Below, one piece after another: positions 6,954 through 15,779 of a stretch of 24,000 bases of DNA. Position numbers and translations under genes: made by a program. This stretch comes from Alkalihalobacillus sp. 1P02AB (GTDB lineage: Bacteria > Bacillota > Bacilli > Bacillales > Bacillaceae_D). The notes under the pieces were generated by a model. It saw only the letters and a list, made by a program, of their open reading frames with translations, was not told the origin of the DNA and made no database searches. The stretch's first letter is position 1. Every line of letters starts with the position of its first letter. The DNA is taken from the NCBI RefSeq assembly GCF_047302405.1, contig NZ_CP154853.1, positions 2,300,076 to 2,324,075 on the forward strand, in the 5' to 3' direction.

Positions 6954-8633
6954 TTAATATTTTTTTAATAAATAACGTAACGGAATAATAGATACGATGA
7001 CGATCAATAAAGCGGCTGGTGCTGCCATATGATAAATCGCTTCACTCGCTTCCACCCAAATCCTAACAGCTAACGTGTCAAAACCTGGTGGTCTTAATAA
7101 TAATGTTGCTGGTAATTCTTTAATGCTACTGACAAAAACTAATGCTCCACCAGCTAAAATACCTGGCAAGATCGATGGAATAATGACTTTAATTAAAACT
7201 TTCCAAGGAGGATGCCCTAAACTTCTTGCCGCCTCATCTATTCGTGGTGATAAGAGACTCAAAGAAGCATCCGTTGATTGCATAGCTTGTGGTAAGAAAC
7301 GAATAACAAAAGCAAAAGCAATCAAATAATACGTATTATAAAGAACGGGTATATGATTATTAAATATAAAAATAATCCCTAGTGCCACAATTACTCCTGG
7401 AAGAGCATAACCTGCATAACTAATTTTTTCAATAAAATAAGAAACTCTAGATGGATATCTGGATCGTAAATAAACGACTGGTAAAGCCATAATCATACAA
7501 ATAATTGCAGCTAGTCCTGAAACTTTGATGCTATTCCAAGCATACATCCAAAAATTCGCATTTAATGCCCCTTCTTGAATTCCTAAGACAGACCAGTATA
7601 TAAGCACACCAATTGGTAAAACAACTGAGATTATAAATATAAACCAGACAAACAATGTAGCGAACCATTTCCATTTTCCAAGTGAAAGAATATCAGTCTC
7701 TTTAAAAGAATTACTTGATTGATGATAAGATTGTTTCTTTTTAGACTTTGCTTCAATCCAGAGAATGATTAATGTCAGACCGATTAAAACAACACTTAAA
7801 ACAGTCGCTGACACATTATCGTAACTTCCCATTTGATAATAGATCGCAGCCGTAAATGTTGTATACCTCATCATCGCAATTGCCCCAAAATCAGACAAAA
7901 CATATAAGGCGATCAGAATAGCTCCCGCTCCTATAGCCGGTCTTAAAAAGGGCAAATTAACTTTCCAAAAAACTTGCCATGTTGATAATCCTTGCGACCT
8001 CGCAACCTCTTCAAAGTTACGGTTCATCTTTCTTATAGAAGCACTTGCAATAAGAAAAACGTAAGGGTATGTAAATAGAGTTAACACTAAAAAGATGCCC
8101 GTAAATGAATAAATATTAAAAGAATATTCACCAATAAGATTTACTAACCAATCATGTGACTCCCATTCCCGTGCCACCCAACCTCTAGGTCCAAAGACAA
8201 TAATATACGTAACGGCTCCAACATAAGGAGGAATGACAAGAGGTAAAGCTAAGAGCCATTGCCACATTTTCCTTCCTGGTAAAGAAGTTCGATTAACGAG
8301 CCATGCTAACGACACTCCAATAACGACAGCTGCAAATGTTACACTTACCGTCAAACTCAGTGTATTCCAGATTAATCGTGGAATCCTCGAATCTAATAAA
8401 CTTATCCAACGATCGGCTCCTGCGAATAATGACATCCCAATCACATAAAGAATCGGAATCGCCATCATAATACCCGTTATAACAGCAAATATGAATAGAA
8501 CGCCTCCAGGTTTGCTCCCTTTTTCACCTAATGCAAACTCTTTAATTGAAAAACGGCGAGAGGATGGAGATAAAATATCCCCATCCTTAGTTTCTTGCTT
8601 ATGTTGTTTATCGTTGGTTTCATGATGACTCAT
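6954..8633 (-). CDS. Fe(III)-type ABC importer permease, fused two-domain (FbpB-like)
   Basis: The 559-aa polytopic ORF has two EAA-loop motifs: EVARSQGLSTWQVFWKVNLPFLRPAI and EAARSLGHPPWKVLIKVIIPSILPGI. Confidence 0.85.
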   Translation of the reverse strand: MSHHETNDKQHKQETKDGDILSPSSRRFSIKEFALGEKGSKPGGVLFIFAVITGIMMAIPILYVIGMSLFAGADRWISLLDSRIPRLIWNTLSLTVSVTFAAVVIGVSLAWLVNRTSLPGRKMWQWLLALPLVIPPYVGAVTYIIVFGPRGWVAREWESHDWLVNLIGEYSFNIYSFTGIFLVLTLFTYPYVFLIASASIRKMNRNFEEVARSQGLSTWQVFWKVNLPFLRPAIGAGAILIALYVLSDFGAIAMMRYTTFTAAIYYQMGSYDNVSATVLSVVLIGLTLIILWIEAKSKKKQSYHQSSNSFKETDILSLGKWKWFATLFVWFIFIISVVLPIGVLIYWSVLGIQEGALNANFWMYAWNSIKVSGLAAIICMIMALPVVYLRSRYPSRVSYFIEKISYAGYALPGVIVALGIIFIFNNHIPVLYNTYYLIAFAFVIRFLPQAMQSTDASLSLLSPRIDEAARSLGHPPWKVLIKVIIPSILPGILAGGALVFVSSIKELPATLLLRPPGFDTLAVRIWVEASEAIYHMAAPAALLIVIVSIIPLRYLLKKY

Positions 8634-8664
8634 CTTGATACAACTCCCACTCGCCTTATCATTA

Positions 8665-9765
8665 TTATAGATCTAAATCCAGACCAGATTCCTCGATTAA
8701 ATTACGTGTATCTTCCCATACTTCCCCTAAGTCACGTAAAGGCATATCATGGGTTTTATAATCCGAAATCGTTGCTGCACCTTCAATCGCCTCAACATTA
8801 GGGTTAATTGGTACTTCTAAAGATTCATAAGAGAATTCACGTTGATTCTCTTCTTCAAGAATCCAATCTAGAAATACTTCAGCACTCTTTGCATTTGGAG
8901 CTCCTTGAACTAAACCTACTCCTGCTGCATTTAATACCGCACCCATTTCTCCTTCGCCTTGGTCTGGATAAATAACACCAACATTATTATCAGTTGGCTC
9001 TTGTAGTTGTTGGTGGAAGTAATAGTTATTTACTAAACCAAACTTAAACTCTCCAGCTCCAACGGCACGACGGATATCTCCATGACCTTGTAAAATCGCA
9101 CCAGCATTTTCTTGAACGGCACTGATCCATTCTTTTGTTTTCTCATCGCCCCACTCATTACGTAGAGCAGAAACATGTCCAATCATCGCACCATTTCCAC
9201 CACGTGTAATCGCAAAATCTCCCGACCATTCAGGGTTAGTTAATTCTTCAATTGTTTTTGGCATTTCTTCTTCCGTAATCAAGTCTTTATTATACATTAA
9301 TACACGTGTACGAGCTGATAATGCAAACCATGAGTTATCCTCGGCACGGTAAATTTCATCAATTGATTCAATGTTTTCTGGGTTAGAACCTTCAAGCAAT
9401 CCTTCTAATCTTAAATTTTCTAATGCCCCAATATCATTAGAGATAAAGATATCCGCTTGAACATTGCTCGCTTCTCCTTTAATACGATTTACAGCATTAT
9501 CGCCGGCATGAAGAGCTTGTACTTCAATTCCCGTTTCTTCTGTAAATTTCTCTAACAATGAATTAACAAAATTCTCATTTCTAGAAGAATAAACGACTAA
9601 TTCTCCTGTATCCTCTGCAACAACCTCTTCATTTGAATCAGATTCTGTTCCTTCTGATGAAGCGTTATCATTGCTGTCACTGCTGTCTTCGTTTCCGCAC
9701 GCAACTAAAGCAAAAATAAATAATACGATAATAGATAGCAATACTAACTTGTTTTTCTTAAACAC
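8665..9765 (-). CDS. Fe(III)-type ABC importer substrate-binding lipoprotein
   Basis: The 366-aa ORF starts at a GTG with GGAGGTG 9 nt upstream. It has a lipobox (FALVAC-G) followed by an acidic S/D/E-rich linker. The body resembles the extracellular solute-binding family 1 (FbpA/AfuA type). Confidence 0.8.
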   Translation of the reverse strand: MFKKNKLVLLSIIVLFIFALVACGNEDSSDSNDNASSEGTESDSNEEVVAEDTGELVVYSSRNENFVNSLLEKFTEETGIEVQALHAGDNAVNRIKGEASNVQADIFISNDIGALENLRLEGLLEGSNPENIESIDEIYRAEDNSWFALSARTRVLMYNKDLITEEEMPKTIEELTNPEWSGDFAITRGGNGAMIGHVSALRNEWGDEKTKEWISAVQENAGAILQGHGDIRRAVGAGEFKFGLVNNYYFHQQLQEPTDNNVGVIYPDQGEGEMGAVLNAAGVGLVQGAPNAKSAEVFLDWILEEENQREFSYESLEVPINPNVEAIEGAATISDYKTHDMPLRDLGEVWEDTRNLIEESGLDLDL

Positions 9766-9799
9766 TAAATGGCACCTCCGAAAAGTTTCGAATCTAACT

Positions 9800-9859
9800 G
9801 ATAACGATTATCATTATCAACAACTTCTCTAATATACCTAGCTTTTCGTAGTATGTCAA
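9800..9859 (-). promoter_or_regulatory. SigA-type promoter with a Fur box, controlling the lipoprotein-permease genes
   Basis: Read on the minus strand, TTGACA (9859-9854), 17 nt and TATATT (9836-9831) are present. GATAATGATAATCGTTATC (9818-9800) then matches the classical 19-bp Fur consensus GATAATGATAATCATTATC at 18 of 19 positions. Confidence 0.8.
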
Positions 9860-9953
9860 CAGCATTTCAAAAAAAGTTTACATCCTATACTAAAAATATA
9901 TTCTTTTATAGAGGGCTTGAAGAAAGCCCCTTCAATTAAGGGACTTCTCTTAC

Positions 9954-11012
9954 TTATGCCTCCACTAATGCGACCGATTCAGGCTTAATATTAAAAGAAA
10001 TATTGGCATCAAGCTCAATTTCTTGTTCTACTGGTGCATATAAAATCATTGTTTCATTTAAAGCGTTCTCATTGCCTAACACCACTTCTAGCTCCTGATA
10101 TTCGCCGCTATAAGTCACTTTACTGACTCTACCAGAATAATAGCCATCCTCTACTAATAAACATCCTTCTGGACGAATCGAAATCTGCACATTATCAATA
10201 ACTTCTGACAATTGATTAGATAATGAAATACGCCCAATATATGTATCTACATGTTTCATATCTGGACAAATTTTTCCTTGCAACAAATTGGTTTTCCCTA
10301 AAAATTGAGCCACAAAACAATTTTTAGGACAGCGGTACATTTCCCGGGGTGAAGCAATTTGTTGAATGATTCCTTGATTCATGACAACTACTCGATCGGA
10401 TACAGCAAATGCATCTTTTTGATCATGAGTAACGATAATAGCTGTCGTGTTCGCTTTTCTTAAAATGGCCGTAACATCGTATCGCATTTTTTCGCGAAGC
10501 CCAGCATCTAAATTACTAAAAGGCTCATCCATTAAGACTACATATGGCTTTGGAGCAAGTGCCCTCGCTAATGCGACTCGCTGTTGTTGCCCACCCGATA
10601 ATTCACTCGGATAACGTTTCGCATATTCTAATAAGCCAACTAATTCTAAGACTTCTTTTACTCTTTGTTTTTTCTCAAAAATTTTCCATTTATTTAAACC
10701 AAAAGCTACATTTTTTTCAATCGTCAAGTGCGGAAATAATGCATAATCTTGAAAGACCATTCCAATTCCACGCTTTTCTGGTGGAATATTTTCTTTTCTG
10801 TTATAAACAGATTGCTCATTAATTGAAATAGTTCCATGTGAAGGAATTTCAAACCCGGCAATCATTCTTAACATCGTCGTTTTCCCACAACCACTTGGAC
10901 CTAATAAAGTAATAATTTCACCCTTTTCAATAGCAAGGTTGACTTCATGAACAGCCGGCTGATTTCCATTATGAAATTGCTTACTTATATTTTGAAGGTG
11001 GATAAAGCTCAT
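9954..11012 (-). CDS. Fe(III)/polyamine-type ABC importer ATP-binding protein (FbpC/PotA-like, with a C-terminal regulatory domain)
   Basis: The ORF carries Walker A (GPSGCGKTT), the signature LSGGQQQRVALARAL and Walker B (VVLMDEPFSNLD). I moved the start to the ATG at 11012 (MSFIHLQNI...), which has GAGGGGGAA upstream. The track start at 11066 would read through the Fur box and promoter. Confidence 0.85.
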   Translation of the reverse strand: MSFIHLQNISKQFHNGNQPAVHEVNLAIEKGEIITLLGPSGCGKTTMLRMIAGFEIPSHGTISINEQSVYNRKENIPPEKRGIGMVFQDYALFPHLTIEKNVAFGLNKWKIFEKKQRVKEVLELVGLLEYAKRYPSELSGGQQQRVALARALAPKPYVVLMDEPFSNLDAGLREKMRYDVTAILRKANTTAIIVTHDQKDAFAVSDRVVVMNQGIIQQIASPREMYRCPKNCFVAQFLGKTNLLQGKICPDMKHVDTYIGRISLSNQLSEVIDNVQISIRPEGCLLVEDGYYSGRVSKVTYSGEYQELEVVLGNENALNETMILYAPVEQEIELDANISFNIKPESVALVEA

Positions 11013-11041
11013 GTTGTCGTTCCCCCTCATTCTTTTTAAAT

Positions 11042-11097
11042 GACAATGAATATCATTCTGAATCACAATTGTAACATGTATCTAAAAAAGTGGTCAA
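11042..11097 (-). promoter_or_regulatory. Promoter with a Fur-box-like site for the ABC ATPase gene
   Basis: Read on the minus strand, TTGACC (11097-11092), 18 nt and TACAAT (11073-11068) are present. cagaatgatattcattgtc (11060-11042) then matches the 19-bp Fur consensus at 15 of 19 positions. Its placement just downstream of the -10 mirrors the site at 9800-9818. Confidence 0.55.
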
Positions 11098-11295
11098 TAA
11101 CATACATATACCTTTTGAACTGTTGAATAACTTTCTACTTTCCCTTAGTTCTCCTCGATGCATAATCTTCTTTCTTGCATTAGATTTTTATGAACCTGCA
11201 TAAAACCACTCGCCTTTCTGTTCGTTTTACATTAAAATCACATTATTACATTCTATTCTAGCAATCTATTAATCCATCAAAGGAGCCATTAGAAA

Positions 11296-11865
11296 ATGAG
11301 AGAATTACAAAATGTAGCCGTGCAACTAGTCCCGGTTCGTACAGAACATATTGATGGCATTTATAAAGCCGCACATGACTCAAGAATTTGGAAACATATG
11401 TCTGTTGATTTAATGGAAAAAGAGAATGTTATCCAATATGTAAACGATGCCTTACAAAGAAAAGGAAAAGATTTTGCCTTTGTAATTGTGAATAATTCAA
11501 GTAAAGAAATCATTGGTGTAACTTGGTTCCTCGATTACTCCGCTGCCAATAAAAGTGTCGAGATTGGCTCTACCTGGTTAAACCCAACGTATTGGCGCTC
11601 AACCATTAATACAAATTGCAAATACTTATTATTAAAGTATTGTTTTGAAGAACTAAAATTAAATCGTGTACAAATTAAAACAGGTCACGAGAATATCCGC
11701 TCCCAAAAAGCGATTGAACGAATTGGAGCAACGAAAGAAGGAATTCTTAGAAATCATATGATCCGAAAAGAAGGGAAAATCCGCCATACTGTAATGTACA
11801 GTATCATTATAGAAGAATGGGTAGAGATTAAACGTCATTTTGAAGAGAATTTATTGCAGGATTAA
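11296..11865 (+). CDS. GNAT family N-acetyltransferase (RimJ/RimL-like)
   Basis: The 189-aa ORF has the RBS AAAGGAG upstream. It shows the typical RimJ-like layout (...IGSTWLNP..W...N....LLLKYCFEEL.LNRVQIKT...N..S..AIERIGA..EG.LR.H). Confidence 0.8.
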   Translation: MRELQNVAVQLVPVRTEHIDGIYKAAHDSRIWKHMSVDLMEKENVIQYVNDALQRKGKDFAFVIVNNSSKEIIGVTWFLDYSAANKSVEIGSTWLNPTYWRSTINTNCKYLLLKYCFEELKLNRVQIKTGHENIRSQKAIERIGATKEGILRNHMIRKEGKIRHTVMYSIIIEEWVEIKRHFEENLLQD

Positions 11866-11887
11866 TTTGTTAGTTCCTTCGACAAAG

Positions 11888-11928
11888 ATAGAACCATAAA
11901 CTAAAAATGGGGTTATGGTTCTATTTTC
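11888..11928 (+). terminator. Rho-independent terminator after the GNAT gene
   Basis: Perfect 12-bp arms, atagaaccataa (11888-11899) / ttatggttctat (11913-11924), are followed by tttc. Confidence 0.7.
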
Positions 11929-12028
11929 ACAGTCTTAATCTAGTTGACTCAATTCACAAAAAATAAATCTCATAAAAATATTTACTTTCCACCATCTCTT
12001 TAATCTATCATACACTCTATTTATCCAT

Positions 12029-13384
12029 TTACATTAATCTTATAATGAACATCGTTGCGATGCCAAAGTAAATAAGGAGAGAGAGAATATCATTAATGGT
12101 CGTAATAAGTGGACCAGAGGCAATTGCTGGATCAACTTTTAATTTATGCAATACTAACGGAATAATTGTACCTGTTAAAGTCCCAATGATTAATGTGATA
12201 ATTAACGTACTTCCGACAACGGCACCAAGGATTAACTCTCCTAGCCAAACAAAAGCAATGAAAGATATAAGAATTCCGCAAATAACACCTATCATGCTTC
12301 CAACTACTAATTCTCTCCATATCAGCTTTGAAACAACTTTTCTATTAATATCTCTTGTAGTAAGCCCTCTTACAACAACCGCTAACGATTGTGTTCCTGT
12401 ATTACCTGTCATTCCAGAAATCATTGGCATAAAAAAAGCTAATGCTACTACTTTTCCAAGTGAATCTTGAAAACTACTGACAATACCACCTGCTACTAAA
12501 CCAATAAATAATAATAAAATAAGCCATGGAAGTCTTCTAAATGCGGCAACTTGAGGTTTCGTATCAAAGTCAATATTTGCCCCTGCCGCAGATAGTTTTT
12601 CGATATCTTCAGTTGCTTCCTTCACGACTACATCAAGCATAGTGTCAACCGTTACTATGCCAACTAACACTTGATTATGAACAACAGGCACTGCAACTAA
12701 ATCGTATCTTTGTATGATTTGAGCTACTTGCTCTTGATCAGTATCTACAGAGACGGAAACCACACGTTCAAACATGATGTCTTGTATTTTTTCATTTGTT
12801 TCAGCTAAAATTAATTCCCTGTATGATAGGACACCTACTAGGTTCTTCTTTGCATCTATTACATATAAATAGTTAATCGTCTTTGCTATCTCCGCAAAAT
12901 CTTTTAATTTTTTGACGGCATCTTCAACGGTATAATAATGAGGGATCCAAACAAACCGATTGGACATAAGCCTACCTGCTGTTTCCTCCTTATAATCCAT
13001 TAGCTTTTGAACAGCTTCAGACGACACTGTATCCATTTCAGAGAGTATCCCTTTTTGGGTCACTTCTGGTAAATCTTCTAATAGATCTGGTAAATCATCA
13101 CTATTCATCTGCTCCATTACTTCTGCTGTTTTTGTAACTCCCAATATCTCAACTAAACTCTTTTGCGCTTCTAGTTTTAATTCATCAAGAATACTAGCTA
13201 ACTGTGGCAGAGGCAGCTCCGAAATAAATTGCTCCTGTTCCGTAATCATAAGACCTTGATAAACATGAGCAAGATCATAAGGGTGCAAATCATTAAGCAA
13301 TAACAATAATTTATTTTTATTATTCTCTTTTAATAACAACGTTACTTCGTGGATCAATTCTTCTTGAGTTAATTTTTGTTTCAT
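12029..13384 (-). CDS. mgtE: Magnesium transporter MgtE
   Basis: The ORF has an MgtE N-domain, a CBS pair (...VIDAKKNLVGVLSYRELI..., ...AVPVVHNQVLVGIVTVDTMLDVV) and a C-terminal TM domain (PMISGMTGNTGTQS). An M-box riboswitch lies upstream. I moved the start to the ATG at 13384 (MKQKLTQEEL...), which has AGAAGGTGG 5 nt upstream. This gives 451 aa, the length I recall for B. subtilis MgtE. Confidence 0.95.
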   Translation of the reverse strand: MKQKLTQEELIHEVTLLLKENNKNKLLLLLNDLHPYDLAHVYQGLMITEQEQFISELPLPQLASILDELKLEAQKSLVEILGVTKTAEVMEQMNSDDLPDLLEDLPEVTQKGILSEMDTVSSEAVQKLMDYKEETAGRLMSNRFVWIPHYYTVEDAVKKLKDFAEIAKTINYLYVIDAKKNLVGVLSYRELILAETNEKIQDIMFERVVSVSVDTDQEQVAQIIQRYDLVAVPVVHNQVLVGIVTVDTMLDVVVKEATEDIEKLSAAGANIDFDTKPQVAAFRRLPWLILLLFIGLVAGGIVSSFQDSLGKVVALAFFMPMISGMTGNTGTQSLAVVVRGLTTRDINRKVVSKLIWRELVVGSMIGVICGILISFIAFVWLGELILGAVVGSTLIITLIIGTLTGTIIPLVLHKLKVDPAIASGPLITTINDILSLLIYFGIATMFIIRLM

Positions 13385-13550
13385 CAATTCCACCTTCTTT
13401 TTTACATAAGGCACAAACACACCAAATTAAGAAGGTTAATTCACTACTTAAGTTGACATGGGCAGTGCACCTTATGAATTTTTCGACACCATCTATAAAC
13501 AGAATAAGTAACCAGGTCACTATCCAAATCAACCACTCCTTACAATAGAT

Positions 13551-13765
13551 AAAAAACACCTCCATCGAATGAAGGTGCTTAATCAAATAAAGCACAAATA
13601 AAACCTTCATTCGTAGAGCTTTAGCACTGTACGGCATAGGATAAATAAATATCCAGCTACATTAAAAAACACCTTAATTCGATGGTTTCTGTTGACCCAT
13701 TGGCGTCTTTGGACGTTTCTGGGCAGTAGCTTATCTCCGTACAGGAGCCTCACCTAACGATGGTA
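13551..13765 (-). promoter_or_regulatory. M-box (ykoK-type) Mg2+ riboswitch with its terminator expression platform
   Basis: The minus strand reads cguuaggugaggcuccuguacggagauaagcuacugcccagaaacguccaaagacgccaaugggucaacagaaaccaucgaauuaaggug...ccuaugccguacagugcuaaagcucuacgaaugaagg. This is nearly identical block by block to the B. subtilis mgtE leader as I remember it. It is followed by the terminator caccuucauucgauggaggug plus U6 (13577-13551). A putative promoter is TTGACA (13809-13804), 17 nt, TAACAT (13786-13781). Confidence 0.93.
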
Positions 13766-13898
13766 TGTTGTCGATAAATTATGTTAATTGAAATCATTTA
13801 AATTGTCAATATATTATGGGGCGTTTTTAGTTCCTACCTCTAAAGCCAATTCGGTATATACTTGCCAAAATACAAACCGATTTTCTCCCCTTCCTTTA

Positions 13899-14102
13899 TT
13901 AGCCAAAAAACAAATCAATAATATTCGCAGATTTTGAAGTTTGTTTGTTATAAAACTCTGAGTATCCACAATTCTGACAAAATACTACGGTAAATGTATT
14001 GTGCTGGATGTCCATCATTCTTGATAATCCTGTCCCTGTCATCGCCACATCCTTGCTCCCAACATCTGTTCCACCACATTTGATACATCCTTTTTTCTCC
14101 AT
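13899..14102 (-). CDS. Zn-ribbon protein (DUF2082-like putative nucleic-acid-binding protein)
   Basis: The 67-aa ORF has a strong RBS (GCAGGAGGT) and two CxxC pairs (CIKCG ... CQNCG). Confidence 0.7.
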   Translation of the reverse strand: MEKKGCIKCGGTDVGSKDVAMTGTGLSRMMDIQHNTFTVVFCQNCGYSEFYNKQTSKSANIIDLFFG

Positions 14103-14367
14103 CTAATGAATACCTCCTGCTTTTTTTCTATTTTTCATTTTTTTTGTTTCTAATCATACGATTCGACTCTTCAATAGGTTTCATTCCTAATATAGTCAAA
14201 TCTGCAACCTGAATTAGAATTGTGGCACTTAATTTTAAGGGAAGTTTTACAATCAACGACAACAAGATTAAAGTTAACATTTTTTTAGCAAACATCGGGA
14301 AGCATTTGCTACATTGTCACGAGCTTTTTCGGAATCATTTATCTCTTTTTGGGAACGGATATTCTAA

Positions 14368-14406
14368 AGAAGCACCTCATCCTTTCTTCTAGGATGAGGT
14401 GCTTCT
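14368..14406 (-). terminator. Rho-independent terminator after the AraC-family gene
   Basis: Perfect 16-bp arms, agaagcacctcatcct (14368-14383) / aggatgaggtgcttct (14391-14406), enclose a 7-nt loop. The hairpin starts 7 nt past the stop codon and is followed by a short T-run. Confidence 0.8.
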
Positions 14407-14412
14407 ACTCCC

Positions 14413-15249
14413 TTATTTCTTTTTAACAGGAATCCAAATTTCTTGTTTTCCTTGAGCATTCGGAGCACTTCGTACAAATTCAGGTGCATCCGCCAATTCA
14501 TAATCAGAAGCTGGAAACCATTCTGTATACACTCTTTCCCATGTAGACAATAAAGCTTCTGTTGTATCATCTTCTACCGAAAACACAGACCAAGTCTGTT
14601 TTGGGATTTGGCTTGTTGCTAAATGCTCTTTTTCTAATTTTGAAGCCACTCCGATTAAGTATGATTTAGTCATCCCCTCGTCTTCTTCAGTGTCTTTCAT
14701 AATATGAAGCAGACCTGGAAAATCACTCATTGCGAGGGCCTCTAATTTTTCGTATTCATCTTCCTTTAATGTATCCCAAAGTTTTGGATAAAAATTATCA
14801 CTTGCCACCTTCTCCTCTTTATAACCAATAACCTGAAATGTTTCTCTTTCAACAATTTTATAATTCATTTCTACAGCTCCTCTTATGTTTATTTGGAAGG
14901 TTAACTTTGGAAATGCTTTTAAAAAATAGTCGCCATCTTTTGCTTTTTGTGGTGTAATGCCATGCATTTTTTGAAAAGCTCTCGAAAAGGAATCGGCTGA
15001 TTGATAGCCATATTTCACCGCCACATCAATCACTTTTACGTTATGTTCTCTCAATTCAAAAGCTGCTTTTGTTAATCTTCTTCTTTTTACATACTCAGAT
15101 AAACTAACACCAGCAATAAATGAAAACATTCGTTTAAAATGATGCTCCGAATAACATGAGATTTGCGCGACCTTTTGATAATCAATGTCCTCATCCAAAT
15201 GTTCTTCAATATAATGAATGGCCTGATTTAAATTTTGTAATGTTTCCAA
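14413..15249 (-). CDS. AraC family transcriptional regulator with a C-terminal GyrI-like effector-binding domain
   Basis: The 278-aa ORF starts at a TTG with GGGAGG 8 nt upstream. It has the N-terminal AraC double HTH (...SEHHFKRMFSFIAGVSLSEYVKRRRLTKAA...DSFSRAFQKMHGITP). The C-terminal half has a GyrI/Rob-like layout. Confidence 0.85.
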   Translation of the reverse strand: METLQNLNQAIHYIEEHLDEDIDYQKVAQISCYSEHHFKRMFSFIAGVSLSEYVKRRRLTKAAFELREHNVKVIDVAVKYGYQSADSFSRAFQKMHGITPQKAKDGDYFLKAFPKLTFQINIRGAVEMNYKIVERETFQVIGYKEEKVASDNFYPKLWDTLKEDEYEKLEALAMSDFPGLLHIMKDTEEDEGMTKSYLIGVASKLEKEHLATSQIPKQTWSVFSVEDDTTEALLSTWERVYTEWFPASDYELADAPEFVRSAPNAQGKQEIWIPVKKK

Positions 15250-15379
15250 TTGCTTAACCTCCCTTCTTCATAAGAGTAACAAAACAGTATATTTCAAACC
15301 CGACTTTTATTGTTCCGGTTTGACGTTGTGAGAACTAAAAAGAGGACTCATAATCCCTCCTTTAGTTCAACAAGGTAAA

Positions 15380-15653
15380 TTATATATTTCCATTAATAAT
15401 AAGGTCAGCTTTTTCAAAGGGTTTATGTGCGTCTACATAAATGTCCTCGGCAATCATCCATATGGACAATAGTGACATTAGAACATTTTACCTTCAGTTT
15501 TTCTGCTAAAGTACTTTTACCAGAACCCCCACAACCGTCTATACCCATTAACAAAGTAGATTGTTTTTCTGACATCGTCTCAATTAAACGAATCAACTGT
15601 TTAATATCCGTCATCTCACTTCTAGTATGTTTTAGATTCACTAATATCACCAC
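15380..15653 (-). pseudogene. Internally deleted, frameshifted P-loop nucleoside/uridine-kinase-like gene
   Basis: The N-terminal part is intact through the Walker A motif (LLMGIDGCGGSGKSTLAEKL...VTIVHMDD) and then hits a stop after 11 junk codons. The +1 frame across the same junction reads WMIAEDIYVDAHKPFEKADLIINGNI*, which looks like the extreme C-terminus of this kinase family. By my recollection, intact family members are roughly 170-200 aa. Confidence 0.55.
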
Positions 15654-15779
15654 TTAATAATAAGATTACCTTAAATAATGACTATTTAAAGGTAATGTTA
15701 CCTATATATTGAACTTGATTTGTAAAATACCTATAGAAATTAACTAACATTATTTATAAACCTCATACAACCATTATTC

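Noticed and set aside
11013-11066. Track N-terminal extensions: ATPase 11066, ddl 18036, mgtE 13420, DUF2975 2634, yozG-like 2141, kinase 20106, two-domain GNAT 22904
   Set aside because: In every case an internal ATG is preceded by a good SD at 5-10 nt. The extended start has no SD, lies inside the SD itself, or would read through a promoter, Fur box or leader.
13320-13637. 105-aa minus-strand ORF from the track
   Set aside because: It is made up of the M-box riboswitch, its terminator and the mgtE SD region. It has no RBS and odd composition, and the interval is fully explained as a leader RNA.
14126-14293. Unlisted 55-aa hydrophobic ORF (MFAKKMLTLILLSLIVKLPLKLSATILIQVADLTILGMKPIEESNRMIRNKKNEK) between the AraC terminator and the Zn-ribbon gene
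   Set aside because: There is no Shine-Dalgarno sequence before either candidate ATG. The region more plausibly carries the Zn-ribbon gene promoter, for example TTGACT, 17 nt, TATTGA inside the ORF. I kept it out of the feature list, though it could be revisited with ribosome-profiling data.
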